The notes beneath the pieces were generated by a model, which saw nothing but the letters and a program-made list of their open reading frames with translations, made no database searches and was not told where the DNA came from. From NCBI GenBank assembly GCA_001776935.1, contig MFDN01000015.1, positions 102,578 through 166,577 on the forward strand: a DNA stretch of 64,000 nt. Direction: 5' to 3'. A program made the translations under genes and the position numbers. Shown here piece after piece: positions 17,471 through 27,632 of the stretch. This DNA is from Candidatus Daviesbacteria bacterium RIFCSPLOWO2_01_FULL_39_23 (lineage in GTDB: Bacteria > Patescibacteriota > Microgenomatia > Daviesbacterales > UBA10151). How positions within the stretch are numbered: the first letter of the stretch is position 1; each line of letters starts with the position of its first letter.

Positions 17471-19609
17471 ATGGCTATACAAAAAACCAAAAGAGATTTT
17501 CCGCTGGATAGGATCCGTAACATTGGTATTATTGCTCACATTGATGCCGGAAAAACCACCACCACTGAGCGGATTTTGTTTTATACCGGAAAAACTTACA
17601 AAATCGGCAATATTGACGAAGGAACTACTGTTACTGACTGGATGGAGCAGGAGCGCGAGCGCGGGATCACCATTGTCTCAGCGGCCATCACAGCTTTTTG
17701 GACTGTTAAAAAAGGTCAATTTGAAGGTGAAGAAATGAGAATCAATTTGATTGATACTCCGGGCCATGTTGATTTTACTGCAGAAGTAGAACGATCTTTA
17801 AGAGTTTTGGATGGGGCAGTAATTGTTTTGGATTCCTCTTCCGGCGTACAGTCTCAAACAGAAACAGTTTGGAGACAAGCGAATAAATATAATGTGCCTT
17901 TAATTGCTTTCTCTAATAAGATGGATGTGGTAGGCGCAGATTTTGTTGCTACTATCCAAAGCGCCCGGGATAGACTTGGGGCCAACGCTATTGCTTACAA
18001 TCTGCCGATAGGCAGGGAGAATGATTTTAAAGGGGTGGTCGATTTATTAACTGAAAAAGCCATAATTTGGGAAGGTGATGAAACAGGTGCTAAGTTTCAT
18101 GAAACAGAGATACCGGCTGATATGATTGATGCGGTTAAGGTTGCCCGGGAAAAATTAGTAGAAGAAATCTCCGGTACTGACGATGTATTGATGGAAAAAT
18201 ATTTAGGCGGAGAGGCAATTACGATTGAAGAATTAAAAATAGCTTTAAGAAAAGCTGTGATTGCCAATAAAATTGTGCCTGTCTTTGCGGGCTCCTCCCT
18301 TAGGAATAAAGGTGTCCAACCAATGTTGGATGCGGTTGTTGAATATTTGCCATCGCCTCAGGATATCTTTACAGTAACCGGTATAAACCCGAAAACAGGT
18401 GAAGCAGAAGAAAGAAAAGGTGAATCCAGCGCGCCTTTGGCTGCTTTGGCTTTTAAAATTCAGGTTGATCCGCATGTAGGAAAATTAACCTATATCAGAG
18501 TTTATTCAGGCACTTTAAAGAGTGGTTCTTATGTTTACAATGTGACCAAGCAACTCAGGGAAAGAGTCGGCAGACTGCTTTTGATGCATGCTAATGACAG
18601 GGAAGAGATTGATGAGGCATTTGCAGGAGAAATAGTGGCAGCAGTAGGTTTGAAGGATACTATTACCGGCAATACACTTTGTGATGAAAGCGCTCCAATT
18701 ATTTTAGAATCTATAAGTTTTCCGGATCCGGTAATTTCCCTGGCAATTGAACCTAAGACAAAGAGCGATCAGGAAAAATTAGGTTATGCGCTGCAAAGAC
18801 TGGCTGAGGAAGATCCGACTTTCAGGGTAAAATCCGATCCTGAAACCGGGCAAACTATTATTGCCGGGATGGGTGAGCTGCAGCTTGAAATTTTGGTTGA
18901 CCGGATGAAAAGAGAGTTTAAGCTGGAAGCGAATGTGGGACAGCCGCAGGTGGCTTACAAAGAAACAATTACTAAAATTGCAGAAGGTGAAGGAAAATAT
19001 ATCAGGCAGACAGGGGGCCGGGGCCAATACGGACATTGTTTACTGCGGATCGAACCTTTGCCGCGCGGAACCGGCAGGGAGTTTGTGTCGGAAATTGTGG
19101 GCGGCGCCATCCCCAGAGAATTTATTTCACCGATTGAAAAAGGTGTTATTGAAAAAGAAGACACAGGTATTTTGGCAGGTTATCCTGTAACTGATATTAA
19201 AGTGGCAGTATATGACGGGTCGTTCCATGATGTTGACTCTTCCGAGGTAGCATTTAAGATTGCTGCATCTTTGGGGCTTTCTGAGGCAGCTAAAAAAGCA
19301 GATATGATTTTGCTAGAACCTATTATGAAAGTGGAAGTTACTACCCCGGATGAGTTTTTGGGAGAAATTATTGGCGATCTTTCTTCAAAAAGAGCGCAAA
19401 TTCTTTCTTCTGAAACCCGCGGAAATGCCAGGGTTGTGGTAGCTTTGGTGCCTTTGGCAGAAATGCACGGTTATGCAACAGCTATAAGGAGCATGTCTCA
19501 AGGAAGAGCCACATATTATATGGAAGCAGATCATTATGAAACCGTTCCTCAAAACGTTACTCAAAAGATTATAGAATCCTCAGGCTTCACAGGACGCGTT
19601 GAGCATTAA
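17471..19609 (+). CDS. fusA: translation elongation factor G
   Basis: G domain [15 protein letters not shown] and DTPGHVDF, with full domain II-V conservation. Confidence 0.97.
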   Translation: MAIQKTKRDFPLDRIRNIGIIAHIDAGKTTTTERILFYTGKTYKIGNIDEGTTVTDWMEQERERGITIVSAAITAFWTVKKGQFEGEEMRINLIDTPGHVDFTAEVERSLRVLDGAVIVLDSSSGVQSQTETVWRQANKYNVPLIAFSNKMDVVGADFVATIQSARDRLGANAIAYNLPIGRENDFKGVVDLLTEKAIIWEGDETGAKFHETEIPADMIDAVKVAREKLVEEISGTDDVLMEKYLGGEAITIEELKIALRKAVIANKIVPVFAGSSLRNKGVQPMLDAVVEYLPSPQDIFTVTGINPKTGEAEERKGESSAPLAALAFKIQVDPHVGKLTYIRVYSGTLKSGSYVYNVTKQLRERVGRLLLMHANDREEIDEAFAGEIVAAVGLKDTITGNTLCDESAPIILESISFPDPVISLAIEPKTKSDQEKLGYALQRLAEEDPTFRVKSDPETGQTIIAGMGELQLEILVDRMKREFKLEANVGQPQVAYKETITKIAEGEGKYIRQTGGRGQYGHCLLRIEPLPRGTGREFVSEIVGGAIPREFISPIEKGVIEKEDTGILAGYPVTDIKVAVYDGSFHDVDSSEVAFKIAASLGLSEAAKKADMILLEPIMKVEVTTPDEFLGEIIGDLSSKRAQILSSETRGNARVVVALVPLAEMHGYATAIRSMSQGRATYYMEADHYETVPQNVTQKIIESSGFTGRVEH

Positions 19610-19617
19610 TCATCTAT

Positions 19618-19720
19618 CGTCATTGCGGGGAATTTTTATCTTTCTTCTTCCGTCATTCCGAACTTGTTTCGGAATCTCTTTTGGAATACTAGAGATCCTG
19701 AACTAAATTCAGGATGACGG
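19618..19720. repeat. degenerate palindromic element copy D, reading CGTCATTGCGGGG ... CGTCATTCCGAACTTGTTTCGGAATCTC ... AGAGATCCTGAACTAAATTCAGGATGACGG
   Basis: Shares the GTCAT-CCGA, CTGAACTTGTTTC and TCAGGATGAC motifs with copies B and E. Sits between the fusA stop and the second GIY-YIG gene. Confidence 0.65.
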
Positions 19721-19721
19721 T

Positions 19722-20009
19722 TTAAAGTAAGGAATCATGCAGATCGTTAAAGTCCGGATTATTTCTTTTAATCAAGTTAATTTTCCATTCTCTATGCCAA
19801 TTTTTTAGCTGCTTTTCTCTTTTGATAGCTTCAATAATATCTTCATAGATTTCATAGTAAACAAGTTTGTTTACGTTATATTTGGAAGTAAAACCGGAGA
19901 CCACTTTCATTTTGTGTTGATAGATTCGTTTAATTAAGTTATCAGTTACCCCAATATAGAGAACGGTATTTATCTCATTCGTAAGAATGTAAACATAGGA
20001 ATATCTCAT
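19722..20009 (-). CDS. GIY-YIG nuclease family protein (95 aa), second copy
   Basis: YVYILTNEINTVLYIGVTDNLIKRIYQHK. Paralogous to 16374-16667. Confidence 0.85.
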   Translation of the reverse strand: MRYSYVYILTNEINTVLYIGVTDNLIKRIYQHKMKVVSGFTSKYNVNKLVYYEIYEDIIEAIKREKQLKNWHREWKINLIKRNNPDFNDLHDSLL

Positions 20010-20020
20010 ACCTATATTGT

Positions 20021-20062
20021 AGAGATTGCTTCCCCGGGATCAAGTCCGGAGTCGTAATGACG
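20021..20062. repeat. degenerate right-half-like element D': AGAGATTGCTTC ... GGAGTCGTAATGACG
   Basis: Resembles the right half of copy F (AGAGATTGCTACGCTAATCGCTCGCAATGAC). Flanks the second GIY-YIG gene on its 5' side. Confidence 0.5.
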
Positions 20063-20137
20063 TTTTTAGCCTCAGACTTCACGGGCCGTGTTAAACATTG
20101 ACTTGACAATTAATTGTGACTCCTCCATCATAAATGT

Positions 20138-20359
20138 ATGAGCAAAATTTTGGAAATTATTGTTTCGCTAGGATTAATAGCATTTGGTTTAAGTTGTTTT
20201 TTAAATCCTAAATTTTATAAAGAGTTAGTAAAAGCGATAAATGCAGGTAAAGGTCTGAGGACCACAATTACCCCACAAACTACCCAGATAGGAAAAGGGG
20301 TAGGAATCATAGCAATTATTATTGGTACCATTATATTTCTTATTACACTTTCTAACTAG
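20138..20359 (+). CDS. small two-TM membrane protein, hypothetical
   Basis: 73 aa with two hydrophobic helices. No homology recognised. Confidence 0.4.
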   Translation: MSKILEIIVSLGLIAFGLSCFLNPKFYKELVKAINAGKGLRTTITPQTTQIGKGVGIIAIIIGTIIFLITLSN

Positions 20360-20411
20360 CTTTACATATTCCTTTTGACTATGGGGCTTTGAGCTAGTAT
20401 AATCGCCCTCT

Positions 20412-21482
20412 ATGGAGAGATTAAGGATTGCCGTTGTGCCTGGAGGTGGCGCTTTTGGAACAGCTTTATCAGTACCTCTTTCAGCTAATGGTCATGAAGT
20501 TACTCTTATATTTCGGGATAAAGGAAAAGCTCGGGTATTTGGTGAGACGCGCATGGTCGAGAGACTCTCGGGCATATTGATACCGGAAGAAAATGAGAAA
20601 AGCGGAGGCAGAATTGGTTTCAGTGCTGATGCAGAAAAAACAGTTAAAAATGCTGATGTGGTGATTATCGCTGTTCCTACCCCTTTTATGCTTCCTGCTT
20701 ACAGAGAATCGGTAATGCCTTTTAAAAAAGAAGAAACGCCGGTTATATCCGGAGCAAAAGGACTGGCAAGAATTGAGGGTAAATACCTGCGTCCTTCAGA
20801 AATAATCTCATTGACAGATCCTAAAGTTGCAAGACGTTTAATTGTTTTATCCGGTCCAAATTTAGCCCACGAGATTGCCCGGGGATTATTTTTTGTATCG
20901 GTTGCTGCATCGGAAGATACAAAACTGGCAGAGTATGTAGCTCATGATTTATTTGGATTGAACCCTTTCTCTCGAATATATGCTTCTGATGATGTTGCAG
21001 GAGTTGAGTTAGGAGGAGCGTTTAAAAATGTTATTGCCATAGCAGCAGGAGTTTGCGATGGCAGGCATTATGGAGAAAATGCCCGGGCAGCGTTAGTTCA
21101 GAGAGGCCAGGAAGAAATGATCCGCCTGGGGATTAGATTGGGAGGGCGGGATGAGACCTTAAGAGGGGTTGTTGGAAGCGATTTATGGATGACTTGTGTA
21201 AGTGAAGCCAGTAGGAATCATGAGTATGGGGTGGCTATAAGTCACGGAGAGGATCCTGTAGAAGTTTTAGCCAAGTTTGCAATGAATAAAAAAACAGTGG
21301 AAGGGTATACTACCACTAAGGTAGTTTGGGAATTGGTTCAGCGACTTGGGATAAAAGCACCGCTAACAGAGGCAGCCTATTCGGTACTTTTCTTAGGGGG
21401 TAGTATAGATGATGCCATTAAAGGATTGCTGGCACGAGAACGTGTTTATGAAAATGGCCAACCTTTAAATGGTAATAAATAA
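20412..21482 (+). CDS. gpsA: NAD(P)H-dependent glycerol-3-phosphate dehydrogenase
   Basis: N-terminal Rossmann VVPGGGAFGTALS and the GpsA central and C-terminal domains (GAFKNVIAIAAG). Confidence 0.85.
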   Translation: MERLRIAVVPGGGAFGTALSVPLSANGHEVTLIFRDKGKARVFGETRMVERLSGILIPEENEKSGGRIGFSADAEKTVKNADVVIIAVPTPFMLPAYRESVMPFKKEETPVISGAKGLARIEGKYLRPSEIISLTDPKVARRLIVLSGPNLAHEIARGLFFVSVAASEDTKLAEYVAHDLFGLNPFSRIYASDDVAGVELGGAFKNVIAIAAGVCDGRHYGENARAALVQRGQEEMIRLGIRLGGRDETLRGVVGSDLWMTCVSEASRNHEYGVAISHGEDPVEVLAKFAMNKKTVEGYTTTKVVWELVQRLGIKAPLTEAAYSVLFLGGSIDDAIKGLLARERVYENGQPLNGNK

Positions 21483-21652
21483 GATAATGCTCAATGTAAA
21501 TTTAGCCTCTTGCATTCTTGGCAGGTTTATTGTATATTTTATTTACCAGCTTGACAGAGGCTGGATTTTAATGTCTTAATTGTGATTATTGCATAAATCT
21601 AGATTTTGTTTTAAACTATTCACTAATCACTTAAGACTAATAACTAACTAAA

Positions 21653-22837
21653 ATGGCAGACGTAAAAAAATTTGATAGAAGCAAACCGCACGTTAACGTT
21701 GGAACCATGGGTCATGTTGACCACGGTAAAACAACCTTAACTGCTGCAATCACCAAAGTATTGGCCGGCAAAGGCTTGGCTGAAGCGCGATCGGTTGATC
21801 AAATCGATAACGCTCCGGAAGAAAAAGCCCGCGGTATCACCATTAATATTTCTCATCAGGAATACGAAACAGAAAAAAGACATTACGCTCACATCGATAT
21901 GCCGGGTCACGCTGATTACATCAAAAACATGATCACCGGTGCCGCACAAACAGACGGCGCTATTTTGGTGGTATCTGCACCGGATGGTCCGATGCCACAA
22001 ACCAGAGAACATCTTTTATTAGCCAGACAAGTGGGAGTTCCGGCAATCGTTGTTTATCTTAATAAATGCGATATGGTTGATGACCCGGAGCTTTTGGATT
22101 TAGTAGAAGAAGAAGTGCGGGACTTACTTAAAAAATATGAGTATGATGCAAATTCTCCTATAATCCGCGGCAGCGCTAAAAAAGCTCTGGAAGGTGATGC
22201 TGAGGCAGTTAAATCCATTGAAGAGTTGATGAATAAAGTAGATGAGTGGATTCCAACTCCGGTTAGGGATACAGACAAGCCGTTCCTGATGGCTGTGGAA
22301 GATGTTTTCTCCATCAAGGGTAGAGGAACTGTGGTAACCGGAAGAATAGAAAGAGGCAAGGTTAAGGTTAACGAAGAAATAGAAATTGTCGGTATCAGGC
22401 CTACTAAAAAAAGCGTTGTTACCGGAATTGAAATGTTTCACAAAATGCTTGATGAAGGTCAGGCCGGAGATAATGCCGGAATTTTGCTCCGGGGTATTGA
22501 AAAAGATGATGTTGAGCGCGGACAGGTTCTTGCCAAGCCGGGTTCAATTACTCCTCATTCGGAGTTTGATGCCGAAGTTTATATATTAAGCAAAGAAGAA
22601 GGTGGAAGACACACCCCATTTTTTAAAGGCTACAGACCGCAATTCTACGTTAGAACCACAGATGTGACCGGTGAAGTGACGCTTCCGGAAGGTGTTGAAA
22701 TGGCTATGCCGGGAGATACAGTTAAGGTTAAGGGAAAACTGATTACTCCGGTTGCTATGGAAGAAGGTTTAAGGTTTGCAGTCAGAGAAGGCGGTAAGAC
22801 TGTTGGAGCCGGAGTGATTACTAAAATTATCGCCTAA
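21653..22837 (+). CDS. tuf: translation elongation factor Tu
   Basis: [41 protein letters not shown] and the rest of the canonical EF-Tu sequence. Confidence 0.98.
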   Translation: MADVKKFDRSKPHVNVGTMGHVDHGKTTLTAAITKVLAGKGLAEARSVDQIDNAPEEKARGITINISHQEYETEKRHYAHIDMPGHADYIKNMITGAAQTDGAILVVSAPDGPMPQTREHLLLARQVGVPAIVVYLNKCDMVDDPELLDLVEEEVRDLLKKYEYDANSPIIRGSAKKALEGDAEAVKSIEELMNKVDEWIPTPVRDTDKPFLMAVEDVFSIKGRGTVVTGRIERGKVKVNEEIEIVGIRPTKKSVVTGIEMFHKMLDEGQAGDNAGILLRGIEKDDVERGQVLAKPGSITPHSEFDAEVYILSKEEGGRHTPFFKGYRPQFYVRTTDVTGEVTLPEGVEMAMPGDTVKVKGKLITPVAMEEGLRFAVREGGKTVGAGVITKIIA

Positions 22838-22860
22838 AGCTTTAAAGTGAGAGTGTTTTA

Positions 22861-22884
22861 AGGGCCCAAAGTGGCCCTTTTTTG
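22861..22884 (+). terminator. Rho-independent terminator after tuf (AGGGCC-caaagt-GGCCCT followed by T6)
   Basis: GC stem plus a TTTTTT run, 24 nt after the tuf stop. Confidence 0.7.
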
Positions 22885-22930
22885 ATGGTTAAGGTATAAT
22901 GCACTTTAACAAGGAAGGAATATTTAAATT

Positions 22931-23239
22931 ATGCCAAGAGGACGTATTCGTGTTAAATTAAAAAGTTATGACCACAGGGTACTGGATAACACCTGTGAAT
23001 CCCTATTGGATACAGCTCTCCGAACAGGCGCCAAAATAGCCGGTCCTGTGCCCCTTCCTACAAAAACAGAAAGAATTACAGTTTTAACTTCTCCTCACAC
23101 AGACAAAGATAGCAGAGAAGCCTTTGAAATAAAGACCCACAAAAGAATGATTGATATTATAGAGCCTACCCAAAAAACCATAGATTCCCTGATGCACCTT
23201 GAGATCCCAGCTGGAGTTGATATAGAAGTTAAAATGTAA
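22931..23239 (+). CDS. rpsJ: 30S ribosomal protein S10
   Basis: [19 protein letters not shown] is canonical S10. Confidence 0.95.
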   Translation: MPRGRIRVKLKSYDHRVLDNTCESLLDTALRTGAKIAGPVPLPTKTERITVLTSPHTDKDSREAFEIKTHKRMIDIIEPTQKTIDSLMHLEIPAGVDIEVKM

Positions 23240-23261
23240 TTTTACCTCATAATTGTTTGGC

Positions 23262-23290
23262 TTGCATTTGAGCTCACCCTTTGTTACAAT
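23262..23290 (+). promoter_or_regulatory. candidate internal promoter between rpsJ and rplC (TTGCAT, 17-nt spacer, TACAAT)
   Basis: The hexamers and spacing are near-consensus. It lies in an unusual 190-bp S10-L3 intergenic gap. Confidence 0.45.
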
Positions 23291-23384
23291 TCCCTTACAT
23301 GATAGCATCAGGTTAAATTATTTAACCTAAAATTTCAGTAGATTGTGCGTCCGCGAGGATACGGCAATTGAAGGCACATTTACT

Positions 23385-23417
23385 GAGTGATCCGCCTTTG
23401 GCGAGATCACTCTTTTT
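23385..23417 (+). promoter_or_regulatory. terminator/attenuator-like hairpin 13 nt upstream of the rplC start (GAGTGATC-cgcctttggcga-GATCACTC followed by T5). Candidate r-protein leader regulatory structure
   Basis: 8-bp stem followed by TTTTT inside an operon. It is preceded by a second hairpin, AGGTTAAAT-t-ATTTAACCT, at 23311-23329. Confidence 0.45.
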
Positions 23418-23429
23418 AATGCTTTAATT

Positions 23430-24230
23430 ATGGTTAATACACTTTTAGGTATAAAAAAGAATATGACAGCAACTTATGACTCTCGGGGCAGAAGGGCAGG
23501 AGCTACTGTTGTGCAGATTCAGTCTAATTTTGTAACTGCAGTAAAAACTTCTGATGGTAAGGATGGTTATAATGCTATTCAGTTAGGCTATGGAACCAAA
23601 AAATCCGTCAAAAAACCTCAGCTTGGGATTGGAAAAAAAGCAGGGATTGAGCAACCGCTTCGTTGGTTTAAAGAAGTTAGAATCAAGGGTAAAGGGGAAA
23701 GCGTAAAAGGGGAAGTAGAAAATTTAAAGCCTGGAACAGAAATCAAACTGGACCAGGTTTTTTCAATAGGAGATGCGGTTAAAGTTACTGGTACCTCCAA
23801 AGGTAAAGGTTTTCAGGGTGGAGTAAGACGTCATGGATTTCACGGTGGTCCTAAAACTCACGGTCAATCAGATAGATTACGTGCTCCTGGTGCCATTGGG
23901 TCTGGTACTACCCCGGGAAGAGTTTATAAAGGTAAGAAAATGGCAGGTCATATGGGTGCAAGTCAGTTTACTGTTAGGAATTTGGAGATTGTCGGCATAG
24001 ATAAAGGAAAAGGTTTATTAATAGTTAAAGGCGGCATTCCCGGTCCTGAAGGGTCTCTTGTGACGATTACGAAATTAGGCAGAATAAAAGGTTATACCCC
24101 GCCGCCTGAAGAGAAGCCATCAGAGGAAGAAGAACAAGTAGAATCAAGCAGCGAGAATCAAGGACCAAGCAAGGAAATTACAGAGCAGAAGCCGGAACAA
24201 TCGCAGGAGGAAAATAAAAATGCCAGTTAA
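23430..24230 (+). CDS. rplC: 50S ribosomal protein L3 with an acidic C-terminal extension
   Basis: Conserved L3 core with about 50 extra E/S/Q-rich residues at the C-terminus. Confidence 0.93.
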   Translation: MVNTLLGIKKNMTATYDSRGRRAGATVVQIQSNFVTAVKTSDGKDGYNAIQLGYGTKKSVKKPQLGIGKKAGIEQPLRWFKEVRIKGKGESVKGEVENLKPGTEIKLDQVFSIGDAVKVTGTSKGKGFQGGVRRHGFHGGPKTHGQSDRLRAPGAIGSGTTPGRVYKGKKMAGHMGASQFTVRNLEIVGIDKGKGLLIVKGGIPGPEGSLVTITKLGRIKGYTPPPEEKPSEEEEQVESSSENQGPSKEITEQKPEQSQEENKNAS

Positions 24231-25002
24231 GAAAATAGCAGTTAAAAAAACTGTTCGGGGTCCTGCCGCCTCGGTATCCCGTCGTGCATCCTCACTCTCC
24301 GGTTCCACCGGATCGCTGCGGCTACGCGCCGGGACTCCCTCCTCGGCGTCACCCCTCACATCTCGTCCGCGGAGCTTATCTGTGCCTGTTTATTCTTTAG
24401 CGGGACGAGCTGTTGGAACATTGGCTTTACCAAAAGAAATTTTCGGTCAAAAAGTTAACAAAAAACTTCTAGCGCAAGCAGTCAGGGTTTATACAACTAA
24501 CCAAAAAGTTTTGCTTGGTTCCACTAAAACCAGGGGCGAAGTGGAAGGTTCGACTGCTAAAATCTACAGACAAAAAGGGACAGGGAGAGCAAGGCATGGT
24601 GCAATCAGGGCGCCGATATTTGTGGGTGGAGGAATAGTTTTTGGTCCCAAACCCCGTAAGGTGCAACTTGAGCTGCCGCAAAAAATGAAAAAGGCTGCGC
24701 TTATTGGGGCTTTGTCATCAAAGCTTTTAGATAAAAACATAATAGGGCTTGATATTGAAAAAATCTCCGGTAAGACAAAGGAAATGGCAAATTTGGTTAA
24801 AGAGCTGAAATTGAGGACTGCCTTGATCGTAACTGATAAAAAGGTGGAGAGTATAGTTCGTGCTGCGAGAAATATCCCGGGCTTAACTGTCATACCCGCT
24901 AGCCAATTAAATGCATATGAAATTTTACGCCACCGGTCTGTGATTTTAAGCAAAGCTGCAATAGAAGCTTTAGGTAAAAAGGAGGCTGTTTCAGCTCTAT
25001 GA
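24220..25002 (+). CDS. rplD: 50S ribosomal protein L4. The ORF as drawn includes a 50-aa S/R/P/A-rich N-terminal segment encoded by an anomalous GC-rich stretch. The conserved core begins near the GTG at 24373
   Basis: Core L4 motifs KIYRQKGTGRARHGAIRAPIFVGGG. The start is ambiguous, either 24220 or 24373 (see findings). Confidence 0.85.
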   Translation: MPVKKIAVKKTVRGPAASVSRRASSLSGSTGSLRLRAGTPSSASPLTSRPRSLSVPVYSLAGRAVGTLALPKEIFGQKVNKKLLAQAVRVYTTNQKVLLGSTKTRGEVEGSTAKIYRQKGTGRARHGAIRAPIFVGGGIVFGPKPRKVQLELPQKMKKAALIGALSSKLLDKNIIGLDIEKISGKTKEMANLVKELKLRTALIVTDKKVESIVRAARNIPGLTVIPASQLNAYEILRHRSVILSKAAIEALGKKEAVSAL

Positions 25003-25427
25003 TTATTTTGAAAAGACCTATTATTACTGAAAAGTCGATGAAGCTTGCCCAAATGGGATTATATGTTTTTGAAGTTGATAAAAATGCAACTAAACCTATG
25101 ATTGCAAAGAAGGTTGCAGAAAAATTCAACGTTAATGTTTTAGGAGTTAGAGTGATAAATATTAAGGGAAAAGAAAAGTCTCAAAAAAGAGTCAGAAAAG
25201 TTTACGAGACCGGTGGTTTTAAGAAAGCTTTAGTACAAGTCAGTAAAGGTCAGCAAATTGCTATTTTCGAAACTCCCAAAGAAGAGGCAGTGGTAACCAC
25301 AGCTGGAGATGAGCCAATCCAAATAAAAGAGAAGAAAAATATCTTGGGAAGAACTAAAGTTAAAATTGAAAAAGGAGCGGTGGGAGCCGCGCCGACAACC
25401 CAAAGAAAGGTAATTACAGGAAAGTAA
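24999..25427 (+). CDS. rplW: 50S ribosomal protein L23 with a C-terminal extension
   Basis: L23 core with about 45 extra residues. Confidence 0.9.
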   Translation: MIILKRPIITEKSMKLAQMGLYVFEVDKNATKPMIAKKVAEKFNVNVLGVRVINIKGKEKSQKRVRKVYETGGFKKALVQVSKGQQIAIFETPKEEAVVTTAGDEPIQIKEKKNILGRTKVKIEKGAVGAAPTTQRKVITGK

Positions 25428-25431
25428 AATT

Positions 25432-26196
25432 ATGAATAAGCAGTTAAATTCTAAAAATACAAAAGGTTTAAAGAAGTTATTGAAAAAACATTCGGGTAGG
25501 TCATCTGGCGGCATGGTTACGGTCAGAAGTCAGGGAGGAAGACACAAAAGATACTACCGTGAGGTAGATTTTAAAAGGAATAAATTTGGAGTCTTAGGTG
25601 AGGTTGTGGCTTTGGAATATGATCCGAATAGAAACATTGATATTGCTCTTGTTAAATATTCAGACGGGGAATACAGGTATATTTTGGCTCCTAAAGGGAT
25701 AAAAGCAGGAGATAAAATTACATCGGGAGACAAAGTAGAGGCAAAAACAGGGAATGCTATGAGGTTGAGGAATATTACGGTAGGAACATTAATTCATAAT
25801 GTAGAACTTATGCCGGGCAAAGGCGGGCAATTAGGGCGCAGCGCAGGGATGGCTTTACAACTTCTTGCCAAAGAAGGAGATTTTGCCCATTTGAAATTGC
25901 CCTCAGGAGAGGTTAGAATGATACCTTTGGAAAGCTTGGCTACAATTGGCACTTTGGGTAATGAAGATATCAGGCAGGAAGTTTTGGGTAAAGCAGGTCG
26001 GTCCAGACATATGGGAATTAAGCCAAATGTCCGTGGTGTGGCTCAGGATCCTGATTCTCATCCACACGGAGGAGGAGAGGGCAGGTCGGGAATAGGCAGA
26101 AAAAAACCAATGACCAAATACGGCAGACCGGCTGTTGGTAAAACCAGAAATAAGAAAAAGCAGAGCAGCAGGTATATAGTTAAGAGGAGAAAATAA
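25432..26196 (+). CDS. rplB: 50S ribosomal protein L2
   Basis: Canonical L2 with a [11 protein letters not shown]-terminal motif. Confidence 0.96.
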   Translation: MNKQLNSKNTKGLKKLLKKHSGRSSGGMVTVRSQGGRHKRYYREVDFKRNKFGVLGEVVALEYDPNRNIDIALVKYSDGEYRYILAPKGIKAGDKITSGDKVEAKTGNAMRLRNITVGTLIHNVELMPGKGGQLGRSAGMALQLLAKEGDFAHLKLPSGEVRMIPLESLATIGTLGNEDIRQEVLGKAGRSRHMGIKPNVRGVAQDPDSHPHGGGEGRSGIGRKKPMTKYGRPAVGKTRNKKKQSSRYIVKRRK

Positions 26197-26480
26197 TGGC
26201 AAGATCAACTAAAAAAGGACCATATATTGATGAAAAATTGATGAAAAAAGTGCAAGTCCAAAAAGCTGGTGGCGCCAAAAGCCCGATTAAAACCTGGGCC
26301 AGGAATTCGCAAATTCCCCCGGAATTCGTGGGCCATACTTTTTTGGTTCATCAGGGTAAAAATTTTGTGACAGTATTTGTTACTGAATCAATGGTGGGAC
26401 AGAGACTGGGAGAGTTTGCGCCAACAAGACTATTTAGAGGTCATGGAAAGGTGACGGAAAAATCTACGTCAAAGACGTAA
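26196..26480 (+). CDS. rpsS: 30S ribosomal protein S19
   Basis: [14 protein letters not shown] is canonical S19. Confidence 0.95.
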   Translation: MARSTKKGPYIDEKLMKKVQVQKAGGAKSPIKTWARNSQIPPEFVGHTFLVHQGKNFVTVFVTESMVGQRLGEFAPTRLFRGHGKVTEKSTSKT

Positions 26481-26495
26481 TTTTAAGGATCTAAT

Positions 26496-26987
26496 ATGGA
26501 AATACAAACTATACAAAAATATATTCATACCAGTCCCCGGAAACTCCGGCTGGTTACTGATATGATTCGCAAGATAGCACCCGCTCAAGCCCTTAGCGTT
26601 TTGAAAGTGGTTCCTAAGGATGCAGCAAAGGATTTGGAAAAAGCTTTGCAAACTGTATTGGCAAATGCAAAAGTTGCAGGGATGGATGAGTCGAAATTGG
26701 CTTTCGCAAAAATTGAAATCAATGAAAGTATGAAAATGCGCCGTTTCAGAGCAGGTACAAGAGGAAGAGTAAGGCCATATAAAAAAAGAATGAGCAATAT
26801 TAAAATCGTCCTGTCGGACGATTTTAATCTCAAATCTCCCGCTTCGCCGCGAGGCGAGAAGCGAGGTGAGCAAATATCAAATGGTTCGCAAAAGCGAATT
26901 TCGCAAGCGAAAACCAAAACTGAAGATGTAAGATCGGAAAAGAAAATAGAGAAAAAAGAAGGAGGCAGGGCGGAATCGTCCGAATAA
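26496..26987 (+). CDS. rplV: 50S ribosomal protein L22 with a K/E-rich C-terminal extension
   Basis: L22 core plus an extension of about 50 aa. Confidence 0.9.
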   Translation: MEIQTIQKYIHTSPRKLRLVTDMIRKIAPAQALSVLKVVPKDAAKDLEKALQTVLANAKVAGMDESKLAFAKIEINESMKMRRFRAGTRGRVRPYKKRMSNIKIVLSDDFNLKSPASPRGEKRGEQISNGSQKRISQAKTKTEDVRSEKKIEKKEGGRAESSE

Positions 26988-26990
26988 AAA

Positions 26991-27632
26991 ATGGGAAAAA
27001 AGATTCATCCGGTTGGTTTTAGAATGGGCATTGGAGCTACCTGGAAATCACGTTGGTTTGCCCGGGGGGCAAAATACCAGCAATATGTTTCCGAGGATAT
27101 AAAAATACGCGAGCTTTTAATGAAAAAACTGAAGACAGCAGGAGTGGCAAATGTGGAAATTGAAAGGGCTGTTAACAAATTGAAAGTGATAATTTTTGTT
27201 TCCCGTCCCGGAGTCTTAATTGGTCGCGGAGGGACAGGTTTAACAGAGATCAAAAAGTTTTTAATGGGTGAGCTTAAAATAAAAAATGAAAATGGTTTGG
27301 AAATTGCTCCGATGGAGCTTCGTTTTTCAGATCTGTCTGCTTATCTTGTAGCTTTGTCTGTTGCTGAACAACTTGCGCGGAGACTGCCTGCGCAAAGAGT
27401 GATGAATCAGGCGATAGAGCGGACAATGAGGGCAGGCGCAAAAGGAGTGAGGATAGTTTTATCCGGAAGAATTGGCGGAGCGGAAATTGCCCGGAGAGAA
27501 TGGAAGGCTGCGGGGACTATGCCGCTGCATACCTTAAGAAGCGATATAGATTTTGCAATTTATCCGGCTTTAACAAAATCCGGATATGTTGGAGTAAAAG
27601 TCTGGATTAACAAAGGGGAGGTAGAGATATAA
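26991..27632 (+). CDS. rpsC: 30S ribosomal protein S3
   Basis: KH domain and canonical S3 C-terminal domain. Confidence 0.96.
   Translation: MGKKIHPVGFRMGIGATWKSRWFARGAKYQQYVSEDIKIRELLMKKLKTAGVANVEIERAVNKLKVIIFVSRPGVLIGRGGTGLTEIKKFLMGELKIKNENGLEIAPMELRFSDLSAYLVALSVAEQLARRLPAQRVMNQAIERTMRAGAKGVRIVLSGRIGGAEIARREWKAAGTMPLHTLRSDIDFAIYPALTKSGYVGVKVWINKGEVEI

Noticed and set aside
22888-22930. Possible rpsJ promoter (TATAAT at 22895-22900)
   Set aside because: A -10-like hexamer is present but no acceptable -35 or TG extension. It is too weak to call, and rpsJ may be transcribed by read-through or from an unseen promoter.
24144-24359. 71-aa minus-strand ORF across the rplC/rplD junction
   Set aside because: It is an artefact of the GC-rich segment, which is open in several frames. 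It was retained only as part of the compositional anomaly finding.
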